Assembly: GCA_037137655.1 (NCBI GenBank)
Contig: JBAXJX010000002.1
Coordinates: forward strand, 165,730 to 229,729
DNA from: Candidatus Falkowbacteria bacterium
GTDB taxonomy: Bacteria > Patescibacteriota > Patescibacteriia > Patescibacteriales > UBA12465
Direction of reading: 5' to 3'
Length of the DNA stretch: 64,000 bases
Below are positions 27,466 through 35,951 of the stretch, in pieces. A program made the translations under genes and the position numbers. How positions within the stretch are numbered: position 1 is the stretch's first letter; every line of letters begins with the position of its first letter. The notes beneath the pieces are model-generated. The model had not been told where the DNA came from and ran no database searches. It saw only the letters and a program-made list of their open reading frames with translations.

Positions 27466-28560
27466 TTATTTTTTTGGTTTGGCGCTATCTTCAATAATTT
27501 TTATAAACTTAGCCTCAGCTTGTTCCACCCAATGTTTGAATTCATTTTGTTCGTTGTCGTGATTGGCGATGTGTTCCATGAAGCGGTCAAAATCAAAATG
27601 TTTTCCGCTAATTCCAATGTCGGATCTGACGGCATCAAGCGCGTTACATTTTTGTTCAAAATGTTTTGTGGTGGGACGAAGAAAAATAGGTTTGCCTAAA
27701 TAAGCGGCCTCACAAATTGATTCAAAGCCGGCAGTTGACATAAAACCACGGCAAGTTTTTAAGGCTTCTAAGAATTTGTGTCCGCTGATTAAATGAAAAC
27801 TAAGGTTTGGTTGCGGGGAGTAATCATCGCCAAATTCAGCATTATCCCAAAACACTTTCATTTTAACTTCGGGATGTTTAATTTGCCAGTTTTTAATTTC
27901 TTCGGCATATCCGGGATTTAAAATGTAGATTAAAACATGGTCATGTTTTTCAGCATTCAATTTTCCAACATCCGAACGGAGAAGTGGCGGTACGACAAAA
28001 ATATTTTTATCTGGCATGTCTGAAAAGTCCTTAAAAGATAGGGCAAGACGGGCGGTGGCTTTATGCCCAGTTAGTTTAGTGAAAGTTTTAAATAAAAATT
28101 TACTTGTTCCTTGGCCTTTAGGGAATTCAAAATTAGGATGAAGGGAAAAATATTGGTGACCGATACAAATAAGCGGGGCGGGCATGTTTTTGCGCCATGA
28201 ATAAATTCCACCAAGTGAGTCGTAAAAATTAACAATTAAATCCGGCTCCCATAATTTCATCTGGGTGTCGATAAATTTTAGACTGCGACGATATTCTCTT
28301 AAATTTTTTAAATTATAAATAGCGGTGCGGGAAAAATCGATAGCTTGTTTTTTTCTGTCCATGATAAAATTAGGACTTAAAAAGCTTTCTACTGGCGCCT
28401 CAATTTGCTCGTGAAAAAAATCTGGAATTTTTCGGGTGGCACTTTTACCAATTAAAACTCCGCTAACTTCGTGTCCAGCTTTTTTTAAATATTCTTTTAG
28501 AGCGATTGCTTGTGTCATGTGACCGCGACCCTCACCTTGAACAATAAAAACTAATTTCAT
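27466..28560 (-). CDS. GT-B glycosyltransferase (MJ1255/TIGR00661-like, MurG/UDP-glycosyltransferase fold)
   Basis: 364 aa. N-terminus MKLVFIVQGEGRGHMTQAIALKEYLKKAGHEV. C-terminus MSTAGFESICEAAYLGKP. Confidence 0.65.
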   Translation of the reverse strand: MKLVFIVQGEGRGHMTQAIALKEYLKKAGHEVSGVLIGKSATRKIPDFFHEQIEAPVESFLSPNFIMDRKKQAIDFSRTAIYNLKNLREYRRSLKFIDTQMKLWEPDLIVNFYDSLGGIYSWRKNMPAPLICIGHQYFSLHPNFEFPKGQGTSKFLFKTFTKLTGHKATARLALSFKDFSDMPDKNIFVVPPLLRSDVGKLNAEKHDHVLIYILNPGYAEEIKNWQIKHPEVKMKVFWDNAEFGDDYSPQPNLSFHLISGHKFLEALKTCRGFMSTAGFESICEAAYLGKPIFLRPTTKHFEQKCNALDAVRSDIGISGKHFDFDRFMEHIANHDNEQNEFKHWVEQAEAKFIKIIEDSAKPKK

Positions 28561-28565
28561 AGGAC

Positions 28566-29213
28566 TTATTTTTCAATAATAACATTTTTGTTTATTGGTT
28601 TCTCGTGATTTTTAAAGCCACTAATTATGTGCCAAACGATCCCCACGATTATTAATAGAATTATGATTTTGTGAAAACGATCCCAAAGTGGTCCAAGTTT
28701 ATCCCAATTCTCGCCCATTTTAATCCCGGCGTAAATTAAAGCATAGCTCCAAATCCAAGAGCCGATAAAAGTATAAAGACAGAATTTTTTAAAATCACCT
28801 TTGGAGATACCGGCAACAAAAGAGATAAAAGTGCGCACTACTGGCAGTAGACGGGAAAAGAAGTAAGTTAGATTTCCGTACTTCAAGATAAAGGCATCAG
28901 CATGATTTAAATCGTGATGAGAGATTAAAAGCCATTTACCGTATTTCCATAAAAATGGGCGACCCAATTTTTGTCCAAGCCAATAAGATAGCATTGATCC
29001 AATAAGGCAGCCGAAACCACCGGCAAAGGCCGCAAGATGGATATTCATTTGACCATTATTAACTAAAAAGCCAGCATAAGGCAGAATTACCTCGGAAGGG
29101 ATTGGGATATTGCAAGATTCTAAGGCCATTAAAAAAGCAACGCCAAAATAACTGAGTTTGGCGACGAAAAACACGATAAGTGCGCTTAGTTGTTTAACAA
29201 TAAATTCAATCAT
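28566..29213 (-). CDS. DedA-family membrane protein
   Basis: 215 aa with ESCNIPIPSEVILPYAGFL and LLPVVRTFISFVAGI motifs. Confidence 0.85.
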   Translation of the reverse strand: MIEFIVKQLSALIVFFVAKLSYFGVAFLMALESCNIPIPSEVILPYAGFLVNNGQMNIHLAAFAGGFGCLIGSMLSYWLGQKLGRPFLWKYGKWLLISHHDLNHADAFILKYGNLTYFFSRLLPVVRTFISFVAGISKGDFKKFCLYTFIGSWIWSYALIYAGIKMGENWDKLGPLWDRFHKIIILLIIVGIVWHIISGFKNHEKPINKNVIIEK

Positions 29214-29259
29214 CTAGGGTTCAGTATAGCAAAGAAACTAAATAAGTAAAATTCAACTT

Positions 29260-29288
29260 TTGCGACCTTTTATTTTTTGTGGTATAAT
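29260..29288 (+). promoter_or_regulatory. Sigma70-type promoter (extended -10) for the 29314 gene
   Basis: Reads TTGCGA-17 nt-(tgg)TATAAT. Confidence 0.6.
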
Positions 29289-29313
29289 ATAATTAATAAT
29301 AAATAAAAAATAT

Positions 29314-29739
29314 ATGAAAAAAATTATATTTGTTTTGTTTTTAAGCTTATTTCTGGGTGCTTGTACGGCGCCGAGTAATTTAAGATATATTCCAACGGCC
29401 AATGTGCAGGAGACCGGTGCACCAGATTTTCAATATAAAACTAGTTTGGAATGTACAGTTGGTATTTCTACTAATTCTAATGAGATCGGCAGCGCGATTT
29501 CTTTTACCGGGTTAGATACTTTGTCGCCAAAAGTTTTATATCAAGCTGATCGCCCAATTGATTTGGAAAAAGTTTATGATAATAATGGTCGGATAATTTT
29601 GCAAACCATTGCCGGTGGTAATCCGAATATCGATACTTTCTTAATTAATAAAGAGACTGGTGTTTTTGCTAAAAGTAGTATGGGTGATTTTTGGGGAATC
29701 TATGTGGTGGCCACTAAAGGCACTTGTGTCGGAAAATAA
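29314..29739 (+). CDS. Hypothetical lipoprotein
   Basis: 141 aa with signal peptide plus lipobox LFLGAC. Confidence 0.65.
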   Translation: MKKIIFVLFLSLFLGACTAPSNLRYIPTANVQETGAPDFQYKTSLECTVGISTNSNEIGSAISFTGLDTLSPKVLYQADRPIDLEKVYDNNGRIILQTIAGGNPNIDTFLINKETGVFAKSSMGDFWGIYVVATKGTCVGK

Positions 29740-29762
29740 AATTTTTAAAATTCATCAAATAT

Positions 29763-29797
29763 AAAAGCCGGTCATTTCTGATCGGCTTTTTGTTTTT
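29763..29797. terminator. Bidirectional intrinsic terminator
   Basis: Reads aaaa-gccggtc-atttct-gatcggc-tttttgtttttt. Confidence 0.65.
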
Positions 29798-29813
29798 TAT
29801 GTTTTATTTAATT

Positions 29814-30338
29814 TCAATCCCATCTTAAGATGAGGCCATTTTTTTCTAAAAATGAACTTATTTCTCTTACGGTTATTGCACCACAACCTTGGTATTTTAA
29901 TAAATCATCTTTGGAAAATTTAATTAAATCACCTAAGCTTTTTATATCGGCTTTAACGCAAATATTCTTAATACGGGTAGCATGAAAGCCAAGTTCTTCG
30001 TCTAAGATATCTTCAATCTTTATTTGTAAAAGTGAACTTATATCGATCATGACAAGTGATCTTTGCTTAGCCTCTTCTATTATATTAGGAATTGATAAAG
30101 CTATTTTTGTTAGATACTCGCAAGCAGATTCAAAGAGAATTATAAATTGTTTTTCCGTAATACCAACTTCTTTGGCATATTGCGCTATAGTTTTGCCGTC
30201 TTTATTAAATAGGGCCTCAACAAAAACTGGTTCAATCTTTCGGTGTATTAGTGGTTTTCCTTGATAAGCTATTTTTATAAATTCGCTGATTGTTTTAGCG
30301 TCATCTACTCGTTGCATGTAAAAAATTTTTTTAACCAT
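29814..30338 (-). CDS. Protein with C-terminal RNA polymerase alpha-CTD-like helix-hairpin-helix domain (paralog A)
   Basis: 174 aa. The C-terminus EELGFHATRIKNICVKADIKSLGDLIKFSKDDLLKYQGCGAITVREISSFLEKNGLIL is collinear with E. coli alpha-CTD [55 protein letters not shown]. Confidence 0.65.
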   Translation of the reverse strand: MVKKIFYMQRVDDAKTISEFIKIAYQGKPLIHRKIEPVFVEALFNKDGKTIAQYAKEVGITEKQFIILFESACEYLTKIALSIPNIIEEAKQRSLVMIDISSLLQIKIEDILDEELGFHATRIKNICVKADIKSLGDLIKFSKDDLLKYQGCGAITVREISSFLEKNGLILRWD

Positions 30339-30368
30339 GATTTGTATTTTTTAAGTTCAACAATAATT

Positions 30369-30869
30369 TTATTCTTTTCTGAGACTTAGACCAAATTTAT
30401 ACAAAGTGGCTTCAATTTCGTCTAATAGTTTAGCGCCAAATCCTGGTGTGCAGGCTAAGTCACCTCGACTTTTGCTTGTTAAATCTTCCAAGGTCTCAAT
30501 TTGATATTCAAGACAAGATTTTATTATTCTGGCTCGCAGACTTTGATGGAATTGAACATTGATAATTTCTTTTTTTAATGAGGCAGCTCGTCCAGTATCA
30601 ACTTCTGATTCATCGCGAAAAGCTTTGAGCATGTTTGGTATTTGATATGAAACTATTAATAATTGTTCATAGCCTTTTTCAAAGATCTCAAGCACCTCGG
30701 CTTCCGTTTTGGGGTTATCTTTTAATGTCTTGATATATTCGCTGGGGCTAACTTTATTAATTAGCAACTCGAGCATAATACTATTGCTCTCAAGTTCGGC
30801 TGGATTTTCGCCACTGTAGATTTGACTAATTAGGGCGGAAATTAAAAACTCTTTTTGTATCTTTTTCAT
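30369..30869 (-). CDS. Protein with C-terminal RNA polymerase alpha-CTD-like helix-hairpin-helix domain (paralog B)
   Basis: 166 aa with C-terminus FHQSLRARIIKSCLEYQIETLEDLTSKSRGDLACTPGFGAKLLDEIEATLYKFGLSL. It shares the central YQIPNMLKAF / LSIPNIIEEA region with paralog A. Confidence 0.65.
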   Translation of the reverse strand: MKKIQKEFLISALISQIYSGENPAELESNSIMLELLINKVSPSEYIKTLKDNPKTEAEVLEIFEKGYEQLLIVSYQIPNMLKAFRDESEVDTGRAASLKKEIINVQFHQSLRARIIKSCLEYQIETLEDLTSKSRGDLACTPGFGAKLLDEIEATLYKFGLSLRKE

Positions 30870-30911
30870 CGGTTTAATTTTTAAGGTTCGACATAGATTC
30901 TGTTAAAATGG

Positions 30912-30940
30912 ATATTACGATATTATTATTATTTTGTCAA
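30912..30940 (-). promoter_or_regulatory. Sigma70-type promoter for the alpha-CTD-like gene pair
   Basis: Minus strand reads TTGACA-aaataataataatatcg(17)-TAATAT. Confidence 0.6.
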
Positions 30941-31050
30941 ATAAAAAATCCCTTCTTGTGAAAGCGATTGGAGATGTTTACCTAAAGGCATTAATAAAAA
31001 TCTCTAAGGTTTGCCAGGCACCGATGTTTTGTTTTGGTTAAGATTGTAAT

Positions 31051-31087
31051 AAAAAAAAGAACGGCTCAGATGAGTCGTTCTTTTTTA
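31051..31087. terminator. Intrinsic terminator after the tRNA-Asp/tRNA-Gly pair
   Basis: 9-bp stem gaacggctc/gagtcgttc, flanked by A8 and T6 tracts. Confidence 0.7.
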
Positions 31088-31088
31088 T

Positions 31089-31163
31089 TGGAGCGGGTAA
31101 GGGGAGTCGAACCCCTATCTCGACCTTGGCAAGGTCATATAATAGCCGCTATACGATACCCGC
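31089..31163 (-). tRNA. tRNA-Gly (anticodon GCC), CCA encoded
   Basis: Reverse complement GCGGGTATCGTATAGCGGCTATTATATGACCTTGCCAAGGTCGAGATAGGGGTTCGACTCCCCTTACCCGCTCCA. Anticodon loop is TTGCCAA. Confidence 0.9.
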
Positions 31164-31178
31164 AATATTGTAAACTAG

Positions 31179-31252
31179 CGGAACGGACGGGACTCGAACC
31201 CGCGACCTCCGCCGTGACAGGGCGGCGCTCTAACCAACTGAGCTACCATTCC
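31179..31252 (-). tRNA. tRNA-Asp (anticodon GTC)
   Basis: Reverse complement GGAATGGTAGCTCAGTTGGTTAGAGCGCCGCCCTGTCACGGCGGAGGTCGCGGGTTCGAGTCCCGTCCGTTCCG. Anticodon loop is CTGTCAC. Confidence 0.9.
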
Positions 31253-31309
31253 AAACAAAAAATCTTAGATAAAGATATCTGTCAGAAATTTTAGCAAACT
31301 ATTTTGGGC

Positions 31310-31338
31310 TTGTCAAAGCCTAGGAGGTGCGCTATAAT
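31310..31338 (+). promoter_or_regulatory. Sigma70-type promoter for the dksA-like/lspA operon
   Basis: Reads TTGTCA-aagcctaggaggtgcgc(17)-TATAAT. Confidence 0.6.
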
Positions 31339-31372
31339 GTTCTTATCAATTATTAAGAATAATCGTAAAATT

Positions 31373-31774
31373 ATGAGTAATGAAATCAAGGCTGGCGAAG
31401 GTTTTGACGACGCAACTTTGAACGAAATTAAAGCTGGGTTGTTGAAAACAAAAAATCAAATTTTAAAAGATTTGGAGGATTTATCACGTAAAGATCCACA
31501 TGAGGTTGATAATTATTCAACTAAATTTCCAGAATACGGTGATAAGCCTGATGAAAATGCTCAAGAAATTAGCGAATATTCAGCTAATATCGTAACCGAA
31601 AAGGTATTGGAAGATACTTTGGTGGATATTGAGAAAGCTCTAAAAAGTATCGATGGTGGCAATTACGGCGTTTGCAAATATTGCGGCAATTTGATTAATG
31701 TTAAAAGATTACAAGCTCGCCCAACTGCCAGCTCTTGTGTTGATTGCAAATCAAAATTGCAAGAAAATGAATAA
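31373..31774 (+). CDS. TraR/DksA-family C4 zinc-finger protein
   Basis: Start taken at MSNEIKAG, downstream of the promoter. The C-terminal zinc finger is CKYCGNLINVKRLQARPTASSCVDCK. Confidence 0.8.
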   Translation: MSNEIKAGEGFDDATLNEIKAGLLKTKNQILKDLEDLSRKDPHEVDNYSTKFPEYGDKPDENAQEISEYSANIVTEKVLEDTLVDIEKALKSIDGGNYGVCKYCGNLINVKRLQARPTASSCVDCKSKLQENE

Positions 31775-32240
31775 TAAACGATTTCAAAATATTCTCAGTG
31801 AAAACATAGCCTTTATAATTTTGGCTATGTTTTTTGTTTTTGACCGCTTTATTAAAAATGCCATTGGCGCCGGGCGAATGCTTGGCCCAAAAAATATTAT
31901 CGGCGATATTTTCACATTTAAATTTACGCCCAATTATTATATTTCATTTTCCTTGCCATTCTCAGGCATTTACCTTAATTATTTTATTGTAGCTATAATA
32001 GTTGGATTATTTATCATTACGCTTTATTTAATATTAGCCAAAAAATGTGAAAAGGCGGAATACTTGCCCTTGACATTTATTATATTTGGTGCTATAAGTA
32101 ATAGTATTGATCGTTTCCGTTATGGCTATGTAATTGATTATTTAGACCTTAAATATTTCACCGTGTTTAATCTAGCTGATGTGTTAATTAGCACGGGGGT
32201 AGTATGGTTAATTATAAAAACTTTAAAAGATAAAAAATAA
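31767..32240 (+). CDS. lspA: Lipoprotein signal peptidase (signal peptidase II)
   Basis: Start at the ATG at 31767, overlapping the dksA-like stop. Four TM segments. The motifs DRFRYGYVIDYL and FNLADVLISTGV carry the catalytic Asp residues. Confidence 0.85.
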   Translation: MNNKRFQNILSENIAFIILAMFFVFDRFIKNAIGAGRMLGPKNIIGDIFTFKFTPNYYISFSLPFSGIYLNYFIVAIIVGLFIITLYLILAKKCEKAEYLPLTFIIFGAISNSIDRFRYGYVIDYLDLKYFTVFNLADVLISTGVVWLIIKTLKDKK

Positions 32241-32241
32241 T

Positions 32242-32952
32242 ATGGCCCGACCAGATAATTACAATCGAATTGATAGAGCTTCTAGTTACATTGAAAGAAC
32301 TGGTAGTGTTTTGGAGGCGGAATTTATCGGTGGCGTTGATAAGGATGAATATGATAAGTTGGCTTTTGAAATTTTACGTAAAGATGAATTGGCACGAATA
32401 AATAAAATTGAGGATAAGGATGAAAAAATCTTTCAGAGATTTAAGGCGATGGAACAAGCTAAAAATATGTTTTTATCTCATCATGATTATGTTGCTAAAG
32501 ATAATTATCTTGGCCGACAGGACTCCATTGAATTAGTTGAAAAAACCCAAAAAGGTGATCCGGAAAATCCAAAACGTTTCTTTATTAGATCATTACTTAA
32601 CGCCATAAAGGGGCGGTTTGATGAAAAATATACTTTGAAATTCTTTACAGCTGCCGGTGGAACGCATTTAGATGTGGCCCACGGAATTGATGGTTTTTTT
32701 AAGTTGTATGATAAGGATTCAGGTAAGGAATTAGCGATGGCTACAATTGATTTATCCGGAAACAAATCTAAGGATAAGGTAAAAAAAGCTGACGTCCTAA
32801 TAAGTATTAATGGTGATGAAAGAGATAGATATATCCCTAGTGCTGAAAATAAAGATTTTGATAAAGAATTCTTTAATGAAAAGATGGAATATTTTTCCGA
32901 GGAAATTGTTAATGCTTTGATAACTGATTATCAAAATAGATATAAAGATTAA
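32242..32952 (+). CDS. Hypothetical protein, co-transcribed with lspA
   Basis: 236-aa ORF starting 1 nt after the lspA stop. No family recognised. Confidence 0.65.
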   Translation: MARPDNYNRIDRASSYIERTGSVLEAEFIGGVDKDEYDKLAFEILRKDELARINKIEDKDEKIFQRFKAMEQAKNMFLSHHDYVAKDNYLGRQDSIELVEKTQKGDPENPKRFFIRSLLNAIKGRFDEKYTLKFFTAAGGTHLDVAHGIDGFFKLYDKDSGKELAMATIDLSGNKSKDKVKKADVLISINGDERDRYIPSAENKDFDKEFFNEKMEYFSEEIVNALITDYQNRYKD

Positions 32953-33020
32953 AATAAACAAAAAGTTTAAAATTTATTTTTAATGTTAATTAAAAGTTAA
33001 ATAGAGAAAAGGAGGATGTG

Positions 33021-33317
33021 ATGGCAACAAATGTTGATTATCGCGAAAGCAGTATTTATGAGTCATTTAAATTGTTAACAACAGTTACTCGACAAAAATG
33101 TATTAAATGCGGGTGTGTTGATGAACTTAATTTACATGCGGCAAGTGGACTGCTTAGGATTATGGGAGTGCTAGGTGCTTTTCCAGAAATTAGCCTTGTC
33201 AGTAAAGAAGATTTCAAAAAATATTATTTTGAAACTAATTACTGTGGTCATTGTATTAATGGTAAAGAGGGCGATCTTACGATTGAAATAAAAGAGTTGA
33301 AATTTCAACTAAAGTAA
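33021..33317 (+). CDS. Hypothetical small Cys-containing protein
   Basis: 98 aa. A strong SD (aaggagg) lies 4 nt upstream of the ATG. CIKCGC...CGHC could form a zinc ribbon. Confidence 0.6.
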   Translation: MATNVDYRESSIYESFKLLTTVTRQKCIKCGCVDELNLHAASGLLRIMGVLGAFPEISLVSKEDFKKYYFETNYCGHCINGKEGDLTIEIKELKFQLK

Positions 33318-33325
33318 AAATGATG

Positions 33326-33352
33326 GGCAGTTTTGATTAACTGCCTTTTTTA
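33326..33352 (+). terminator. Intrinsic terminator after the 33021 gene
   Basis: Reads ggcagtt-ttgatt-aactgcc-tttttt. Confidence 0.7.
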
Positions 33353-33362
33353 TTTGTCTAAA

Positions 33363-33388
33363 TAAAAAAACCACCTTATTTGGTGGTC
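33363..33388 (-). terminator. Intrinsic terminator after greA
   Basis: Minus strand reads accacc-aaataa-ggtggt-tttttttatt. Confidence 0.7.
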
Positions 33389-33407
33389 TTGTTTTTGGTT
33401 AATACTT

Positions 33408-33899
33408 TTACCATTGGTAATCAATTTCAGCGATAGTCATTTCAGTTTTTCCGGCCATAACTTTATCTCCAAGCTTTTTGCCGAGTAATTGGCGACCGAC
33501 AGGAGAAATGTAATCAATAATATAGACTTCTCCTTCTTTATGTGTTCCGCCATCAACAATGAGTTTTGTTTCGTCCCCGTTTTGATTACAAATAACAACT
33601 TGGCTGCCAATTGTAATCACATTTTTTTGTTTGTCGACAGAAACAATTTCGGCATTGTCGAAGGCCATTTGAGCGGCGCCTAATTTAGAATCAAGTTCGC
33701 CTTCCAATACTCTTTGATACTCTTCCACTTCTTGCCCCTTGTCTTTGGCGTCGGCTAATTCTTTGCAGAATTGTGCACACTTATTCTTTTGGGTTTTCAG
33801 TCTTTCTTCTAAGATTATTTTCATTTTCTTAGTCATTTTTTTAGCAGTCCTGTGTCGCATTATTGCCGCTCTTTCTGGCGTCATTATCTCATCTCCCAT
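33408..33899 (-). CDS. greA: Transcription elongation factor GreA-like
   Basis: Start trimmed to MGDEIMTPE (ATG at 33899) to avoid overlap with tsaE. An N-terminal coiled coil is followed by a C-terminal FKBP-like domain: ITIGSQVVI...YIIDYISPVGRQLLGKKLGDKV. Confidence 0.8.
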   Translation of the reverse strand: MGDEIMTPERAAIMRHRTAKKMTKKMKIILEERLKTQKNKCAQFCKELADAKDKGQEVEEYQRVLEGELDSKLGAAQMAFDNAEIVSVDKQKNVITIGSQVVICNQNGDETKLIVDGGTHKEGEVYIIDYISPVGRQLLGKKLGDKVMAGKTEMTIAEIDYQW

Positions 33900-33945
33900 T
33901 TTATACGGATTTAATGTTAAAAAACTTTTATTTATAAATTTGATA

Positions 33946-34398
33946 TTATATTTTTTTGGCTGTTTTGTCAAGACTAATTTTAATTTCTCGTTCATCCTCA
34001 TTTTTATGTTTGATCTCGATTTTAATGCTTTTTTTCGGTAAAATACCTCTAACTTGGCCGGCCCATTCAATTACACTAACAGTGTCGGCGCGGCCCAAAT
34101 AGTCAGTAGCACCAATTGCTTCTAGGTCATCAGCGCTGGTTATACGGTAAGCATCGATATGACAAAAATGGTTAATAGTTTTATGACCACTGACTTTGTA
34201 AATTTTCATTATCACAAAGGTTGGGCTATTAACTGGTCCTTTGATTTTAAGGCCAGCGGCTAATCCTTGACTTAAACAGGTTTTACCGGCACCAAGATCG
34301 CCGTTGAGGGCAAAAACTTCACCGCCACAACATGTCCGGGCTAATTGCTTGCCGAACTCGAAAGTGTCTTTTTGGGAGTGACTAATAAATTTTTCCAT
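33946..34398 (-). CDS. tsaE: tRNA t6A37 biosynthesis ATPase TsaE
   Basis: 150 aa with LNGDLGAGKTCLSQGLA (Walker A), SPTFVIM and HIDAYR motifs. Confidence 0.88.
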   Translation of the reverse strand: MEKFISHSQKDTFEFGKQLARTCCGGEVFALNGDLGAGKTCLSQGLAAGLKIKGPVNSPTFVIMKIYKVSGHKTINHFCHIDAYRITSADDLEAIGATDYLGRADTVSVIEWAGQVRGILPKKSIKIEIKHKNEDEREIKISLDKTAKKI

Positions 34399-34440
34399 AT
34401 ATTTATTATAGCATAAGTTTTTAAATCGCCAATCTTGTTA

Positions 34441-34469
34441 TTGACAAAAAATAACATATATTCTATTAT
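34441..34469 (+). promoter_or_regulatory. Sigma70-type promoter for the 34511 gene
   Basis: Reads TTGACA-aaaaataacatatattc(17)-TATTAT. Confidence 0.65.
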
Positions 34470-34510
34470 TGGCTCGTAGTTCTTTAAAAAATAACCAAAA
34501 ATATTTATTT

Positions 34511-35086
34511 ATGGATATAAAAGCCTCAGAGTTATCCAAGCTCTTGGATGTTATAGATGAGAGAGGGGTGACCATTGCCCAAGTTATTAAATTAATAAAA
34601 AAGTGTACTAAAGAGCCTATTTTAGATCTTGACTTGCCAAAGATTGGTGATGAATTACCACTTGTTTTTAAATGCCCCAAAACAATACTTACTCCAATTT
34701 CTCGGGGTAATTATGTTGATATGGCAGATGGTATTGAGCCTAAAAACTTCCCTATCTTACCAGGTTTAGCCGGTAAAGAGTTTAATTTGGTGGCTAAAAT
34801 ATTTACACCACACGGAGTTTTTGGTAGCGATTTACCAATTAAAAAGATGACCAAGGCTGGGTTTCGTCCAGCAACGACCGTGGAGATGCTTTATTTTATA
34901 GAGCAATATCCAAAAGTACAAAGAAGGTTAACTATGGTGGCACTAGCTTCAGTTTGGAAACCAAAAGGAGGTAGCCACAATGTTATTTGTGCTGAGAATG
35001 ATGGCGTCAGTTGCAAGCTAGTTATGCACTGGCTGACCGATATCTGGAGTGATAAATTTTGTTTTTTGGGAATTAAAAATGTTTAA
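34511..35086 (+). CDS. Hypothetical protein
   Basis: Start moved to the ATG at 34511 (MDIKASELSK) because the ORF-track start overlaps the -10 box. No family recognised. Confidence 0.65.
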   Translation: MDIKASELSKLLDVIDERGVTIAQVIKLIKKCTKEPILDLDLPKIGDELPLVFKCPKTILTPISRGNYVDMADGIEPKNFPILPGLAGKEFNLVAKIFTPHGVFGSDLPIKKMTKAGFRPATTVEMLYFIEQYPKVQRRLTMVALASVWKPKGGSHNVICAENDGVSCKLVMHWLTDIWSDKFCFLGIKNV

Positions 35087-35160
35087 ATTCTGTCCCGTTT
35101 CTTCGTTGAGGCGGGATTTTTGTTTGCTATTTTTATTTAGAATAATTATACTTTACGCAT

Positions 35161-35946
35161 ATGAATCTAAAAAATATTAAAACGCAAAATATTATTTTAA
35201 GTTTACTGGTAATTTTACCGGTACTTTTTTCGGCTAAAATTTCTTTAGCAGCAACTACCACCACTGATAAATTTTGTTTAACCGTGCCAATTTTAATGTA
35301 TCACCATGTTGAGCCAACAGCCCAAGCTAAGGCTAATGGTCAGGAAAAACTTTACGTTGATTCCGATATTTTTGCTAAACAAATGGAGTATTTTAAAAAA
35401 AATTCTTACCATTCAATTTCAACCGAGGAGTTGATTGCAGCTTTAAGAACTGGTAAAAAGTTACCGAAAAAAACAATTGTAATTACACTTGATGATGGTT
35501 ATCAAGATAATTATGATTATGCCTTTCCAGTGGCGAAAAAATATGGCTTGATAATAAATATAATGGTACCAACTGGCTTATTGGAATCAAGCGGTTATTT
35601 GTCATGGGGTGAGGTGCTGGAAATGGCGGCTTCAAATTTAGTTTTTTTCTACAATCATACTGACTCCCATTTTCCTTTAGCGCAAGGAAAAAAATCTAAA
35701 GTACTTTATGAATTAAATTTAGCACAAGATAAATTACAGAAAGCTCTTGGTTATAATGTTCCGCGCATCATCACTTATCCTTATGGAGATTATAATTCCT
35801 CGACAATTAAAATTGCGCAAGCTGATAGTTTTATTGCTGGATTAACTACAAAAAAAGGCAACTACCAATGTAGTGCCTCAATCATGGAGCTTCATCGCCA
35901 ACGAATTGGCAACACTTTAAAGATGCGCGAGTATTACGGTTTGTAA
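35161..35946 (+). CDS. Polysaccharide deacetylase (CE4) family protein, secreted
   Basis: 261 aa. A signal peptide is followed by LMYHHV and ITLDDGYQDNYDYAFPVAKKYGL (NodB motifs). Confidence 0.8.
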   Translation: MNLKNIKTQNIILSLLVILPVLFSAKISLAATTTTDKFCLTVPILMYHHVEPTAQAKANGQEKLYVDSDIFAKQMEYFKKNSYHSISTEELIAALRTGKKLPKKTIVITLDDGYQDNYDYAFPVAKKYGLIINIMVPTGLLESSGYLSWGEVLEMAASNLVFFYNHTDSHFPLAQGKKSKVLYELNLAQDKLQKALGYNVPRIITYPYGDYNSSTIKIAQADSFIAGLTTKKGNYQCSASIMELHRQRIGNTLKMREYYGL

Positions 35947-35951
35947 TCTAT

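Noticed and set aside
31034-31294. 86-aa plus-strand ORF. Similar ORFs occur at 22979-23164 and 43130-43480.
   Set aside because: These are shadow ORFs running across tRNA genes (Gly/Asp, Ile, Leu) and rplS. Peptides such as GALTPELWA or VEPLSRPWQG are typical translations of tRNA sequence.
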